Part shown: in pieces, positions 45,853 to 55,549 of the stretch
Numbering within the stretch: the stretch's first letter is position 1
Layout of the letters: each line of letters begins with the position of its first letter
Source: an uncultured Gammaproteobacteria bacterium
GTDB lineage: Bacteria > Patescibacteriota > Patescibacteriia > UBA9934
Assembly: GCA_964582615.1 (NCBI GenBank)
Contig: CAZORP010000004.1
Location: 1,900 to 65,899, forward strand
DNA length: 64,000 nt
Reading direction: 5' to 3'
The notes under the pieces: model-generated
Database searches by the model: none
Told to the model about the DNA's origin: nothing
The model's input: only the letters and a program-made list of their open reading frames with translations
Made by a program: the position numbers and the translations under genes

Positions 45853-46164
45853 ATGCACGCAGTCATTACCACCGGCGGTAAGCAATATTTTGTAGCCGAG
45901 GGTGAAACTATCCAAGTTGAAAAACTTGTTGAAGATGTTGGCGCAACGCTTTCTTTTGAAGCAATGCTCGTCACTGATTCCGAAGGAACTTCGGTAAAAG
46001 TTGGAAAGCCTTTTGTTGCGGGAGTAAAAGTTACCGCAACGGTAAAGGAACATGGTCGTGGAGATAAGATTTCCGTTATCAAGTTCAAGCGAAAGGCTCG
46101 CTATCGCCGCAACGTTGGTCACCGCCAACCTTTTACATTGATCACTATCGAAAAAATCGCGTAA
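45853..46164 (+). CDS. rplU: 50S ribosomal protein L21
   Basis: MHAVITTGGKQYFV...KFKRKARYRRNVGHRQPFT. Confidence 0.8.
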   Translation: MHAVITTGGKQYFVAEGETIQVEKLVEDVGATLSFEAMLVTDSEGTSVKVGKPFVAGVKVTATVKEHGRGDKISVIKFKRKARYRRNVGHRQPFTLITIEKIA

Positions 46165-46180
46165 TACGCGATTTTTTGTT
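46153..46180 (+). terminator. rho-independent terminator
   Basis: aatcgcg-taata-cgcgatt followed by ttttt. Confidence 0.7.
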
Positions 46181-46195
46181 TTCAAGATTTGAAGT

Positions 46196-47068
46196 CTACG
46201 ATCTCCAGATGAATCTCCAGAGACTTTGTGGAAGATGCACTCGAGTAATGCCAAAGTGGGTTTTGAAGTAAGAAAGTCCCCACCATGGATCGAGTCGAGA
46301 CGTATGCGGGCCCACCATGAGTCCAAAGTTGCCCGCTCGATATCCTCGCGCATGAAGTCCTGAGAGCCAGGTAAATACCAGCCCCGCCATGGGTTGTAGT
46401 TTTGCCGCTTCAGGGAGAAAGTATCCCATAAGGTACATACTCTCCTTCGTCTCCTCGTCGTTTGCGGCAACAAAACAGCCGATGCGTTCTCCTTGCGCAT
46501 TTCTTGCAACGAAGATTTCCATTGTTTCCGGATCAAGACGCATGCGAGCATCGCAGATTTTGGCAAGTGCAAGGCTCATCGCTCGTGGAACTTGAGAGCG
46601 TAACATGTCAGCACGAACATCATCCATGGTTCCCATGGTAATTGAGCATCCGTGCGCAAAGAATGTTTTTACATGGCGTTTAGCGTGCGATGACCACGAG
46701 GCGGTAATGTCTGCCTGTGGATCTTCGGGAAGATATGCGATGCCATGATGAGAAAGAATCCCCATGCGCTTCCATCCTACAATTTCTGATGCGAGAGGCC
46801 AGATTCCCGGAACCCATTCGTGAAGACTGATGAGCGATCTGCGATATTCTGGGTGTTCTTTTACGGCATTACAGTCTGGAGCCATTCCATTCACTGTATA
46901 GTGTCGATACCAAGTAAAAAAGCGCGCATGAAAAACGCGATCGCTAAATCCATTTGTTAACGTCTGTGTTGGTGGAAGTCCGTTTCTATGCCAGACACTG
47001 GATCGCCATGCAGAAAACGGACTTTGTCCAATGTGGCATACGTCACGAACGAAGGTCAGCCGGTCCAT
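46196..47068 (-). CDS. hypothetical protein, possibly an acyltransferase-like fold
   Basis: Long ORF; start ambiguous (47173, 47068 or 46885) because of overlap with the upstream gene. Confidence 0.4.
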   Translation of the reverse strand: MDRLTFVRDVCHIGQSPFSAWRSSVWHRNGLPPTQTLTNGFSDRVFHARFFTWYRHYTVNGMAPDCNAVKEHPEYRRSLISLHEWVPGIWPLASEIVGWKRMGILSHHGIAYLPEDPQADITASWSSHAKRHVKTFFAHGCSITMGTMDDVRADMLRSQVPRAMSLALAKICDARMRLDPETMEIFVARNAQGERIGCFVAANDEETKESMYLMGYFLPEAAKLQPMAGLVFTWLSGLHARGYRAGNFGLMVGPHTSRLDPWWGLSYFKTHFGITRVHLPQSLWRFIWRS

Positions 47069-47606
47069 AAATTCCAATGGTTGAAAGGTAGTAAGTTGCG
47101 GAAAATGCCTTTGCAAAGGTTTCAAAGTTGGAGGTAGTGAGAAGATCTTTATGGGTAAAAATATTCCACGCAATCCAGGAGGTTTTTTGAGCTACTTGAT
47201 GTTGCCATGATGCATCTCGAACACACGGAGCTACGGATGTTCCCGTGAAGAGATCGATGCAGAGAAGGTCGGTATGTGGGGTTTCTTGCGCCCAATCTTC
47301 GGCGCGCTGGTGCCTGAGTGTAATACTTTGCTCAAGTGACCGTTGTTTAATGTTTTTTTCTGCGAGTGCAAGGAGGTGTTCGTCCCAGTCAATGCCAAGA
47401 ATCTTTGCCTTTGGAAATGCTTGCGCACATAAAAGAAGGCCTCCACCCATGCCAACGCCAAGAAATGTGATGTGCTCTGGCATGCAGTGGGCTTGCTTGA
47501 GGGCTTTTATCGCGGTTTTCCAAACGCCATTCATGTACGATCCAGATTGTTCCGTGCGATCTTCTGCAAGAAGGCGCACGCTCCCAAGACACTCTACAAG
47601 AACCAT
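47043..47606 (-). CDS. putative SAM-dependent methyltransferase / spermidine-synthase-like protein
   Basis: FLGVGMGGG glycine-rich motif then an acidic loop; start set at an internal Met. Confidence 0.4.
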   Translation of the reverse strand: MVLVECLGSVRLLAEDRTEQSGSYMNGVWKTAIKALKQAHCMPEHITFLGVGMGGGLLLCAQAFPKAKILGIDWDEHLLALAEKNIKQRSLEQSITLRHQRAEDWAQETPHTDLLCIDLFTGTSVAPCVRDASWQHQVAQKTSWIAWNIFTHKDLLTTSNFETFAKAFSATYYLSTIGIYGPADLRS

Positions 47607-47655
47607 GGTGCCATTTTTTGTTACAATGGGAGTTTCGTGAGGAAGAAAATGCACA

Positions 47656-48168
47656 TTATCGGGAGGAAAAATTCTCCATGCGAAGAATGCGTTCTTTTCG
47701 AGCGCCTTGTGAGCTTGTGATGTACACGCGAAGCTCTTCGTGGGCAAGGCTTCGGTATGCGGCGTACATAATGCCTAGTGCATAATACTGTTCGTGTATT
47801 GCCGCTGACGATGAGATATCTTCGGTAACAACGATGGGAGATGGTGTCGGTTGTTCCTGAAACCAGGTTGTATACCATCCAACAAGCGTATCGCGCTCTT
47901 GGATGCTTCGTGCGGACTCTTGTTCCCAGAAGGTTTTTTCTGAAGATGTTTTCGCGGTTTCTTGTAGTTTTGCAAAGCGAACAATGTCCCTTGCGTTGCT
48001 TTCAATGAGTAGGGTAAGCAAAGGGGCGTCTGATGACATGTCGGCATTGCGTTCTTGGCCTTGTTTCTGATAGGAAAAAAAGTCATCACGCGCAAAAAAT
48101 ACCGCGCCTGTTCCTATGACGCCAAGAAGACATCCTCCCAGTATTCCCAAAGCAAAAAAACGGTTCAT
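47656..48168 (-). CDS. membrane-anchored hypothetical protein
   Basis: N-terminal TM; 4-nt overlap with recR. Confidence 0.35.
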   Translation of the reverse strand: MNRFFALGILGGCLLGVIGTGAVFFARDDFFSYQKQGQERNADMSSDAPLLTLLIESNARDIVRFAKLQETAKTSSEKTFWEQESARSIQERDTLVGWYTTWFQEQPTPSPIVVTEDISSSAAIHEQYYALGIMYAAYRSLAHEELRVYITSSQGARKERILRMENFSSR

Positions 48169-48764
48169 ACTTCACTTCTTCCGTGCAGAGCACTTAAAAG
48201 AGTTACTTCATCAGCATACTCGATGTCTGCCCCCATGGGGAGTCCTCGTGCAAGTCGGGTAATTTTTTTCCCATAAGGCTTAAGATTTCTCCCAAGAAAC
48301 ATCATGGTTGTTTCTCCGTGAACATCCGGAGAAAACGCGAGAATAATTTCCTGAAGAGATGGTGAAGTTTCTATGCGACGCAGAAGGGGAGCTACGTTGA
48401 GGACGTCAGGTGTCTTCCCGTCAATAGGATTGAGAACTCCTCCAAGAACAAAATACTTTCCCTGATATGCCGAGGTTGCTTCCATGGTGGCGATATCTCG
48501 AGATTCTGCAACAATACAAAGCTGTTCTTGATTGCGAGTACTTCGTGAGCAAATTTCGCAAATATCGGTATCGCTAAAAGCAAAACACGACGTGCAGGTG
48601 TGCACGTTCGCGAGTTGCTCGAGCGCTTTTGCAAATTGCGCAATGTCGTGTTTGCTTAGTGAGAGTACCGCAAACGTGTAGCGCAGCGCAGTTTTTGGCC
48701 CAACGCCCGGAAGCTTGTGAAAAGCCGCGGCGGCATTGCGAATGAGCGCAGGAAACGTGCGCAT
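48165..48764 (-). CDS. recR: recombination protein RecR
   Basis: HhH (LPGVGPKTA), C4 zinc finger CTSC...CEIC, Toprim. Confidence 0.85.
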   Translation of the reverse strand: MRTFPALIRNAAAAFHKLPGVGPKTALRYTFAVLSLSKHDIAQFAKALEQLANVHTCTSCFAFSDTDICEICSRSTRNQEQLCIVAESRDIATMEATSAYQGKYFVLGGVLNPIDGKTPDVLNVAPLLRRIETSPSLQEIILAFSPDVHGETTMMFLGRNLKPYGKKITRLARGLPMGADIEYADEVTLLSALHGRSEV

Positions 48765-48778
48765 ACCAAGGGTGAAAA

Positions 48779-49078
48779 TTAGGATTCAAGCATTCCCTTG
48801 AGTGCCTCGAGGCCACCTCCAAGCTCTTGCATCTTCTTCATGAGCTCTCCTTGAAGTTTTTGATTTGCATCTACAATGGCATCTTTAACACCCGACTCAA
48901 TAACGCTTGTTGCAAGTCCTTCCTCAATTTTTACACCAAGAACTTCGTGGCTTCCGTTGAATGTCACAAGAACCTTTCCTCCTGCTCCTGAACCAACAAC
49001 AACAACCGCATCAAGCATAGCTTTCATTTGTTTTGCTTGTGCGTGCATGTCTTTGAATTGCTTGAGTTTGTTAAACAT
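48779..49078 (-). CDS. ybaB: YbaB/EbfC nucleoid-associated protein
   Basis: 99 aa; typical MFNKLKQ...GGKVLVTFNG pattern; upstream of recR. Confidence 0.8.
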   Translation of the reverse strand: MFNKLKQFKDMHAQAKQMKAMLDAVVVVGSGAGGKVLVTFNGSHEVLGVKIEEGLATSVIESGVKDAIVDANQKLQGELMKKMQELGGGLEALKGMLES

Positions 49079-49149
49079 AGAAAGAAAATTATAGGCAAGA
49101 TGCAGTGTACGAGAAAAGGAAGTGAAAGAAAATGTTACATGTGGAGGAA

Positions 49150-50688
49150 TTATCCCTTTGGCACGAAGCCTTTTGGAGGAATTCCCGGAGGAAGATGAAG
49201 ATTTTCTTCAGATGGTCCAGAAGGAGGGGGTGTTGGTGAGGGGGCGGTTTGTGCGCTTGGTGGCGCTGAAGATCCCCCCTGAGCACCCTTTCCAAATACG
49301 CCTTTTTGAGGAAGCGCATTGGTTGGGAGTTGTGTCGATCCTTGTCGCGTGTCGAGATTTTTAAAGCTTGCTCGAGCGCTATCCCAGAAAAGTTTTACAA
49401 CGCCGGTTGGTCCGTTACGATGTTTTGCGATGTGAACCTCTGCGGAAGCTTTTTCTTCTGGGGTGAGTTCTTCTGGCTGATAATTTCTATCCGCACCCTT
49501 TCGGTAAAGGAACATCACAACGTCGGCGTCCTGCTCGATGGATCCTGAGTCACGTAGGTGTGAAAGACGTGGAATTGCCGGCTTGTTCAATTCAACAGCA
49601 CGAGAAAGCTGTGCAAGTGCAAGAACAGGAACATTAAGTTCGCGCGCGATTTGTTTAAGTCCTCGACTGATTTCGGCAACTTCTTGCACGCGATTATCAC
49701 TCTTCTTTCCTCGACCCTCCATGAGCTGTAAGTAGTCCACGACGATCATGGAAAGCCCATGTTCGCTTTGGAGGCGTCGGGATTTTGTGCGAATTGCCAT
49801 GACGGAAGCTGCTGAAGAGTCGTCGATATAAATAGGGGCTTCAGAAAGCTTTCCTAGCGCATCACCAATACGAGGGAAGTCGTCTTCATGCTCGGAAAGG
49901 CGTCCTGTGCGAAGTTTCCAAAGATCAACGCCAGCTTCTGCACAAATAAGACGGTCAACAAGCTGTTCTTTAGACATTTCAAGGCTAAAAAAACCAACAG
50001 GAAGTTTTGTTCGCAGTGCAACATTGCGGCAAATATCAAGAGCGAATGACGTCTTACCTACAGAAGGGCGCGCCGCGAGAATGACAAGGTCCGAACGCTG
50101 AAGTCCTGCAAGAAGATTATCAAGTCCGGTGAATCCCGTTGGAACTCCACGGAGCTTTCCTTTGTCGCGATGGAGTTCATCGATGCGGTCAAATGCTTCG
50201 TCGAGAATGTTTTTCAGTGAAACAAAACTCTGCTTGAGAAAATTTCCCGAAACATTAAAAAGTCGTTGCTCTGCCTGGTCGAGTACCGCATCAACGTCTT
50301 GAGCCTCGTCGAAGCCGAGCTCGGTAATTTCTCCAGCGGCACTGATAAGTCGGCGAAGTGCCGCCTTTTTTGCGATGATTTCTGCGTAGTGCGCGATGTT
50401 CGCCGAGGTACTTACGGCGTTAGAAAGTTCAACGAGCATGGTTCGTCCACCAATTTGTTTGAGAAGGCTTTTCTCTTCAAGACGGTTACCAAGTGTAAGT
50501 AGGTCGATGGGATGATGTCCATCGTAGAGCTCCCGCATGGTTTCAAAGATGATGCGGTGAGACTCTTTGTAAAAGTCTTCAGATCGAACTCCGTCGCCAA
50601 TCTTCAAAAAAGCTTCAGGATCTAAAAGAACGCCGCCAAGAAGCGATTGCTCAGCTTGAAGATTGTGGGGGGGAATTCGTCCTTCCAT
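49150..50688 (-). CDS. dnaB: replicative DNA helicase DnaB, with a low-complexity P/G/S-rich C-terminal tail
   Basis: NLQAEQSLLGGVL, Walker A ARPSVGKTSFAL, RecA-like core. Confidence 0.85.
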   Translation of the reverse strand: MEGRIPPHNLQAEQSLLGGVLLDPEAFLKIGDGVRSEDFYKESHRIIFETMRELYDGHHPIDLLTLGNRLEEKSLLKQIGGRTMLVELSNAVSTSANIAHYAEIIAKKAALRRLISAAGEITELGFDEAQDVDAVLDQAEQRLFNVSGNFLKQSFVSLKNILDEAFDRIDELHRDKGKLRGVPTGFTGLDNLLAGLQRSDLVILAARPSVGKTSFALDICRNVALRTKLPVGFFSLEMSKEQLVDRLICAEAGVDLWKLRTGRLSEHEDDFPRIGDALGKLSEAPIYIDDSSAASVMAIRTKSRRLQSEHGLSMIVVDYLQLMEGRGKKSDNRVQEVAEISRGLKQIARELNVPVLALAQLSRAVELNKPAIPRLSHLRDSGSIEQDADVVMFLYRKGADRNYQPEELTPEEKASAEVHIAKHRNGPTGVVKLFWDSARASFKNLDTRQGSTQLPTNALPQKGVFGKGAQGGSSAPPSAQTAPSPTPPPSGPSEENLHLPPGIPPKGFVPKG

Positions 50689-50778
50689 AGCGCTACGATG
50701 CTACTTCCTTTTTAGGATTTAGAGAAGGGGAAAACATGGGGAAAAGCTCGCTTGCAGTCATTGCTATACTATGCCTCT

Positions 50779-51906
50779 ATGAAAGAAGCTTTGCGCAGGG
50801 GGATATTGGGAAGTATTCCGCTTCTTGGAACGGTTGTTGGAATAGGGTTTTTCCGCCTACCATACCTCTTTGGTCAGTACGGTTTTCTTGCTACGTGTGC
50901 AATGCTTGGGGTGGTTTTGGTGGCACAAATACGTTTTTTGCAGGCATACGGGCATCTGGTACTCAGGAGTCCTCGACACGCTCGATTCCTTCACGTAGTA
51001 GAGGATGTCAGCACGCCAATGGTTCGCGCGCTTGCCGCAATATGTTATTTTGCGACGCTTGGTACGGCGCTAGTTGCCTATATTCTCGCCTCGGGAACTT
51101 TTCTCTCCTATCTCACACCCTCAATTCATGCGTACCAAGGATCGCTTATTATGGGATTGGTGCTTGGAGGGATGCTCTTTGGGGGGAAGAGGGTTCTTGG
51201 AAAAATGGAGCATGTTGTCATGCCGTTGTTCTTTCTCTTGCTTGGAAGCATGTTTTTTGCCCTGAGAAATTCTTTTGATAAAAGTGCGTTGATAGGTGTG
51301 TCGGAGCATATGCCAAAAGATCTTCCATTTGGAGCCTTGCTATTTTCGTTAAGTGGGATATCGGCAATTCCTGAAGTTCGTGATGGGGTTTCTGGTAATG
51401 TTCGCGTGTTGTCGTTGGCAATTGCTCTTGGCATGACGTGTGCCGCACTGCTGTATGCGGGATTTTCTGGTGGAGTACTCATGCTTGCTCGTGGCGATGT
51501 TCCTTATGATGCTGTAGCGATGTTTTTACGAGAGGGAGGCACGGTGTACGCCATGGTTGGTGCGGGCATGGGTCTTGCGGTAATGATGATGGTTTACGAT
51601 CATGTTGGCACAGCGCTTGTACATACGCTGATATATGATTTTGGACTTCCGGTGGCATTGTCGCGACTTATTATTGCGGGAATTCCTTTTGCGCTGGTAG
51701 TGGTTGGTGTTGAGGATGTTCTTTTTCTCTTGCAACATGCCGGAGGGTTCTTTGGAGCATTTCTTGGCTTGAGCGTTCTTGTTGCGTATGAACGTGCACG
51801 AGCGCAAAAAAAATTCCCCAAGCACATTCCTCTTCGAGGACGGGGGGAAATCTTTCTTTTGGCAAGTTTTTTCTTAGGAATCTTCCTTTTGACGTTTATC
51901 GGGTAG
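50779..51906 (+). CDS. putative amino-acid permease (Trp/Tyr-permease-like polytopic transporter)
   Basis: About 11 TM helices; length and topology fit; family is tentative. Confidence 0.45.
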   Translation: MKEALRRGILGSIPLLGTVVGIGFFRLPYLFGQYGFLATCAMLGVVLVAQIRFLQAYGHLVLRSPRHARFLHVVEDVSTPMVRALAAICYFATLGTALVAYILASGTFLSYLTPSIHAYQGSLIMGLVLGGMLFGGKRVLGKMEHVVMPLFFLLLGSMFFALRNSFDKSALIGVSEHMPKDLPFGALLFSLSGISAIPEVRDGVSGNVRVLSLAIALGMTCAALLYAGFSGGVLMLARGDVPYDAVAMFLREGGTVYAMVGAGMGLAVMMMVYDHVGTALVHTLIYDFGLPVALSRLIIAGIPFALVVVGVEDVLFLLQHAGGFFGAFLGLSVLVAYERARAQKKFPKHIPLRGRGEIFLLASFFLGIFLLTFIG

Positions 51907-52759
51907 GAGTGTGTTCTTGCATGGCTTGTTCTTGAAGCTCCTTGGCTTTGATGAGGTTCATGAAAAGATATGCAACGGTAAGTGGTCCAACTCCTCCGGG
52001 AACTTTGCTTAAAAATCCCGCCCAATCAAGGAGCGTTGGCGAAGCGTCGCCGATAACCTTTCCTTCGGGTGTTTTATTTGTTCCAACGTCAATAACAATT
52101 GCTGATTCTTTGACGAATCCTCGGGTGAGCATGTGTGCATTTCCAGTTGCAACGATTACGATGTCGGCAAGTCGAGTTTTTTCCTGTGCCTCCGCGTCGG
52201 TACTTGCAACGAATTCTGCCTGTACATCATTTTCACGAAGAAGCTCTTTGAGAGGCTCTGCGAAGATCTCGCTATTTCCTAAAATAACCGCCTGCTTTCC
52301 CTTGAGTGGCTGATGTGTGGCTTGAATGAGTCGCATGATGGCAAGCGCGACGGGGGGAACGAGCATTGGCGTGTCGGCAAGAAGCGCTCGGCGATTTTCC
52401 GGGTGAAATCCATCAACGTCTTTTGTGGGATGAATAGCTAAAATGAGCGTGTCGACGTTAAGGTGTTCTGGAAGGGGAAGTTGTAAAATAATGCCTTGAA
52501 TATCTTGTCGCTTGTTGAGATTTGCGATTGTTTCAAGGAGTGTTTCTTCGGATACGTTTTGCTCGAAAAGATGTTTTTCAACATAAACGCCAACTTCTTT
52601 TCCTGCGCGTTCTTTGAGGCTTACGTAAAGATGTGATGCTGGATTATCGCCAACAAGAATAACGCCAAGTCCCGGCGGTTGGCGAAGATTTGCAACGCGT
52701 TCCGCGACTTTATCCTTTATAGCCTGAGCAAGTACGGATCCATTGAGTATTTCCGTCAT
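51896..52759 (-). CDS. folD: bifunctional methylenetetrahydrofolate dehydrogenase/cyclohydrolase
   Basis: ILNGSVLA...GLGVILVGDNPAS..YV..K; GNAHM; VIDVGTN. Confidence 0.8.
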   Translation of the reverse strand: MTEILNGSVLAQAIKDKVAERVANLRQPPGLGVILVGDNPASHLYVSLKERAGKEVGVYVEKHLFEQNVSEETLLETIANLNKRQDIQGIILQLPLPEHLNVDTLILAIHPTKDVDGFHPENRRALLADTPMLVPPVALAIMRLIQATHQPLKGKQAVILGNSEIFAEPLKELLRENDVQAEFVASTDAEAQEKTRLADIVIVATGNAHMLTRGFVKESAIVIDVGTNKTPEGKVIGDASPTLLDWAGFLSKVPGGVGPLTVAYLFMNLIKAKELQEQAMQEHTPTR

Positions 52760-52804
52760 AGATGCTCGCAACTATGCCTGAAGTTTCCAAAAAAAGCAAC
52801 GTTC

Positions 52805-54061
52805 TTAACCTTGCGGAAGATGGTCTGCAAAGAGGGGGCGGTGTTCCATGTGTCCACGAACTTCTTGGCGAATCTTACTCAGCACTTCGGTGTTTTTGGC
52901 ATTTTTTAGAGCGCTATCAATCCAATTTGCAACCTGTACCATATCTTCTTCGCCAAGGCCTCGTGTAGTAATTGCTGGAGTTCCCAGACGAATTCCCGAG
53001 GGGTCTAGTGGCGATCGGGGATCGTTGGGAATCATGTTCTTGTTAACGGTAATTCCAGCAAGATCTAGCGCATGTTGCGCTTCTTTTCCTGAAAGTCCCT
53101 GCACGGTAACGTCAAGAAGGAGGAGGTGATTTTCCGTTCCGCCAAAAGCGAATTGATACCCTTTCTCCTGAAGTGAAGTGCAAAGACGTGAGGCATTACA
53201 AACGATGCGTTGCGCGTAGTTTGCAAACGAAGGTTGAAGCGCCTCGCGGAATGCTACGGCTTTTGCGGCGATAGTATGCATGTGAGGGCCTCCTTGCATG
53301 CCGGGGAATACCATCTTATCAATGCTTTTTGCAAAAGATTCTTTGCAGAGAATCATGCCTCCGCGTGGTCCGCGAAGGGTTTTATGTGTTGTCGTTGTAA
53401 CAATGTCAATGCCTTCGCGAAGTGGATTTTTCATGACTCCACCCGCAATGAGTCCGGCAATGTGTGCAATATCGGCCATGGTTATCGCCCCAACCTCGTC
53501 AGCAATTGCACGAACCGTTGCATAGTCAATGTCTCGCGTGTATGCGGAATAGCCAACAAGGATAAGCTTTGGACGATGTTCTTTTGCTTGGGTGCGAAGG
53601 TGGTCGTAATCAATAGCTCCACTTGGGGTGGTTTGATAGCGAAGAAAATTGTATCGCTTTGCGCCATCGGTTACGGGATGTCCGTGGCTAAGGTGGCCGC
53701 CGTGTGCCAAGTCCATGCCAAGAATAGAGGATCCTGCTTCAAGAAGCGCCGCATACACGATGGCGTTTGCGGGGGCTCCTGAATGAGGTTGTACATTTGC
53801 GTGTTCGGCGCCAAAGAGTTTCTTAGCTCGGGAAAGTGCAAGGTCCTCAATGATGTCAACAGCCTCACAGCCTCCGTAATAGCGCTTGCCCGGATAGCCC
53901 TCGGCGTACTTATTTGTTGCAACAGATCCAAGTGCCTCAAGAACAGCGGGAGATACAAAATTTTCCGAAGGAATCATTTCGAGGCCTTCGCGCTGACGAC
54001 GTTCTTCGTGAAGAAGTGCTTCGGAGATTTGTGGATCGGTTGTTGCAAGAATGGATGACAT
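52805..54061 (-). CDS. glyA: serine hydroxymethyltransferase
   Basis: LEMIPSENFVSPAVLEALGS..NKYAEGYPGKRYYGG; PLP region TTTTHKTLRGPRGG. Confidence 0.85.
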   Translation of the reverse strand: MSSILATTDPQISEALLHEERRQREGLEMIPSENFVSPAVLEALGSVATNKYAEGYPGKRYYGGCEAVDIIEDLALSRAKKLFGAEHANVQPHSGAPANAIVYAALLEAGSSILGMDLAHGGHLSHGHPVTDGAKRYNFLRYQTTPSGAIDYDHLRTQAKEHRPKLILVGYSAYTRDIDYATVRAIADEVGAITMADIAHIAGLIAGGVMKNPLREGIDIVTTTTHKTLRGPRGGMILCKESFAKSIDKMVFPGMQGGPHMHTIAAKAVAFREALQPSFANYAQRIVCNASRLCTSLQEKGYQFAFGGTENHLLLLDVTVQGLSGKEAQHALDLAGITVNKNMIPNDPRSPLDPSGIRLGTPAITTRGLGEEDMVQVANWIDSALKNAKNTEVLSKIRQEVRGHMEHRPLFADHLPQG

Positions 54062-54154
54062 AGGTGGTGAGAGTATCGAAAAAACATCAAGAAAGTGCAA
54101 GGGAGGATGTGGCGATCGTGACGAACGCCTACAAAACGCGTATGCTTTGCTTCT

Positions 54155-55129
54155 ATGGCAAGTTTGGAAGAACAGCTATCTCAACGCTTTGGCTCCTCCT
54201 ATCATCAACAGGATCCACTTTCCCGATACACTACACTACATCTTGGCGGACCCGCTCGCCATGTAGTGCTTGTACATACCGTACAGGACGTTCTTGATCT
54301 TTTCGCAATAACAAGAGTCGCCAATGTTCCCTGTGCGATTCTTGGAGGAGGCTCGAATACACTTGCTTCTGACGCGGGTTATTCTGGCGTTGTCATGATT
54401 ATGCGTCTTATGGATTGGCGCATTGAGGGATCTGAGGTCTTTGCTGAGGCGGGTGTTTTTTCGTCGCTTCTTGCTCGACAGTCTGCACAAAGAGGGCTTG
54501 GAGGATTTTCCTGGGCGGTTTCATTGCCAGGAACGTTGGGTGGAGCGGTTCGTGGAAATGCGGGATGTTTTGGGGGAGAAATGAAAGATACTGTGACGAG
54601 CGTTTGTGCCATTCGTCCTTCTGGAGAGATGGTGACATACACTCGTGATGAATGTCAGTTTGCATATCGTGAAAGTCGCTGGAAGCACGAGGAATCTCGT
54701 GGCGAGGTTATTGTGTCTTTGATGATGCAATTGCGAGAAAGTTCGAAAGAAGAAGAGATGAACATTCTTGCTTCTTGTTTAGAGCGCAGAAAAACCTCTC
54801 AGCCACTGGGAACATCATCGGCGGGATGTATGTTTAAAAATTGGGAATACGCCAATCTTCCTGAAGTCCTTCGTGACATTCCCCAGAATTTTTTAGAAAA
54901 ACGAGTTATTCCCGCCGGTTGGATTATTGAACAGCTTGGTATGAAGGGATTTTCTTGCGGGGGAGCTCAAATCTCCCCAGTTCATGGAAATTTCCTCATG
55001 AATCATGAAGGAGCTTCTGCTAAGGATATTCTTCGTGTAGTTCAAGAGGTTCAAAAAAGAGCTATGGATGTCTACGGCATTACGCTTGAACCTGAGGTTT
55101 CGTATCTTGGAGAGGGCTTTGGTGAATAG
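54155..55129 (+). CDS. murB: UDP-N-acetylenolpyruvoylglucosamine reductase
   Basis: FAD-binding region ILGGGSN; GNFLMNHEGASAKDI. Confidence 0.75.
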   Translation: MASLEEQLSQRFGSSYHQQDPLSRYTTLHLGGPARHVVLVHTVQDVLDLFAITRVANVPCAILGGGSNTLASDAGYSGVVMIMRLMDWRIEGSEVFAEAGVFSSLLARQSAQRGLGGFSWAVSLPGTLGGAVRGNAGCFGGEMKDTVTSVCAIRPSGEMVTYTRDECQFAYRESRWKHEESRGEVIVSLMMQLRESSKEEEMNILASCLERRKTSQPLGTSSAGCMFKNWEYANLPEVLRDIPQNFLEKRVIPAGWIIEQLGMKGFSCGGAQISPVHGNFLMNHEGASAKDILRVVQEVQKRAMDVYGITLEPEVSYLGEGFGE

Positions 55130-55190
55130 AGTTCTTGTCATTTTTCTTCTTCGTGCTACAACAGAGATGTGTTCTTAACATCGTCATTGT

Positions 55191-55490
55191 ATGCGAATCA
55201 TCGACATTCGAGGCACGTCCCTTGAGCTTACCGAAGCGCTAAAGACATTTGTTCAAGAAAAAACTGCGTCTCTTGAAAGGCTTTGTGGAGCCTATGATCC
55301 TTGTGAAGTTTCTTGGGAGTTGGGAAAGACCACTCAGGGACAGCAAAAAGGTGATATTTGGCGCGCTGAAGTACACATTGCAATTCCTGGTCACGCCTTT
55401 CGCATCGAGCGCGTAGCGCAGGATGTATACGCCGCAATCGATGCCGCGAAAGATGCTATTAAAGAACAAATTATTCGTTATAAAAAATAA
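55191..55490 (+). CDS. hpf: ribosome hibernation-promoting factor / RaiA
   Basis: 99 aa; MRIIDIRGTSLELTEALKTFVQEK...AIDAAKD typical YfiA/HPF. Confidence 0.75.
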   Translation: MRIIDIRGTSLELTEALKTFVQEKTASLERLCGAYDPCEVSWELGKTTQGQQKGDIWRAEVHIAIPGHAFRIERVAQDVYAAIDAAKDAIKEQIIRYKK

Positions 55491-55492
55491 GT

Positions 55493-55525
55493 ACAAAAGC
55501 GCCCTTTGGCGCTTTTCTTTTTATA
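55493..55525 (+). terminator. rho-independent terminator
   Basis: aaaagcgcc-ctttg-gcgctttt followed by ctttttat. Confidence 0.65.
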
Positions 55526-55549
55526 CGAAGAAACGTACACTGCCAGAGT

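Noticed and set aside
45844-46572. 242-aa minus-strand ORF overlapping rplU
   Set aside because: Antisense to a well-supported ribosomal protein gene and its terminator.
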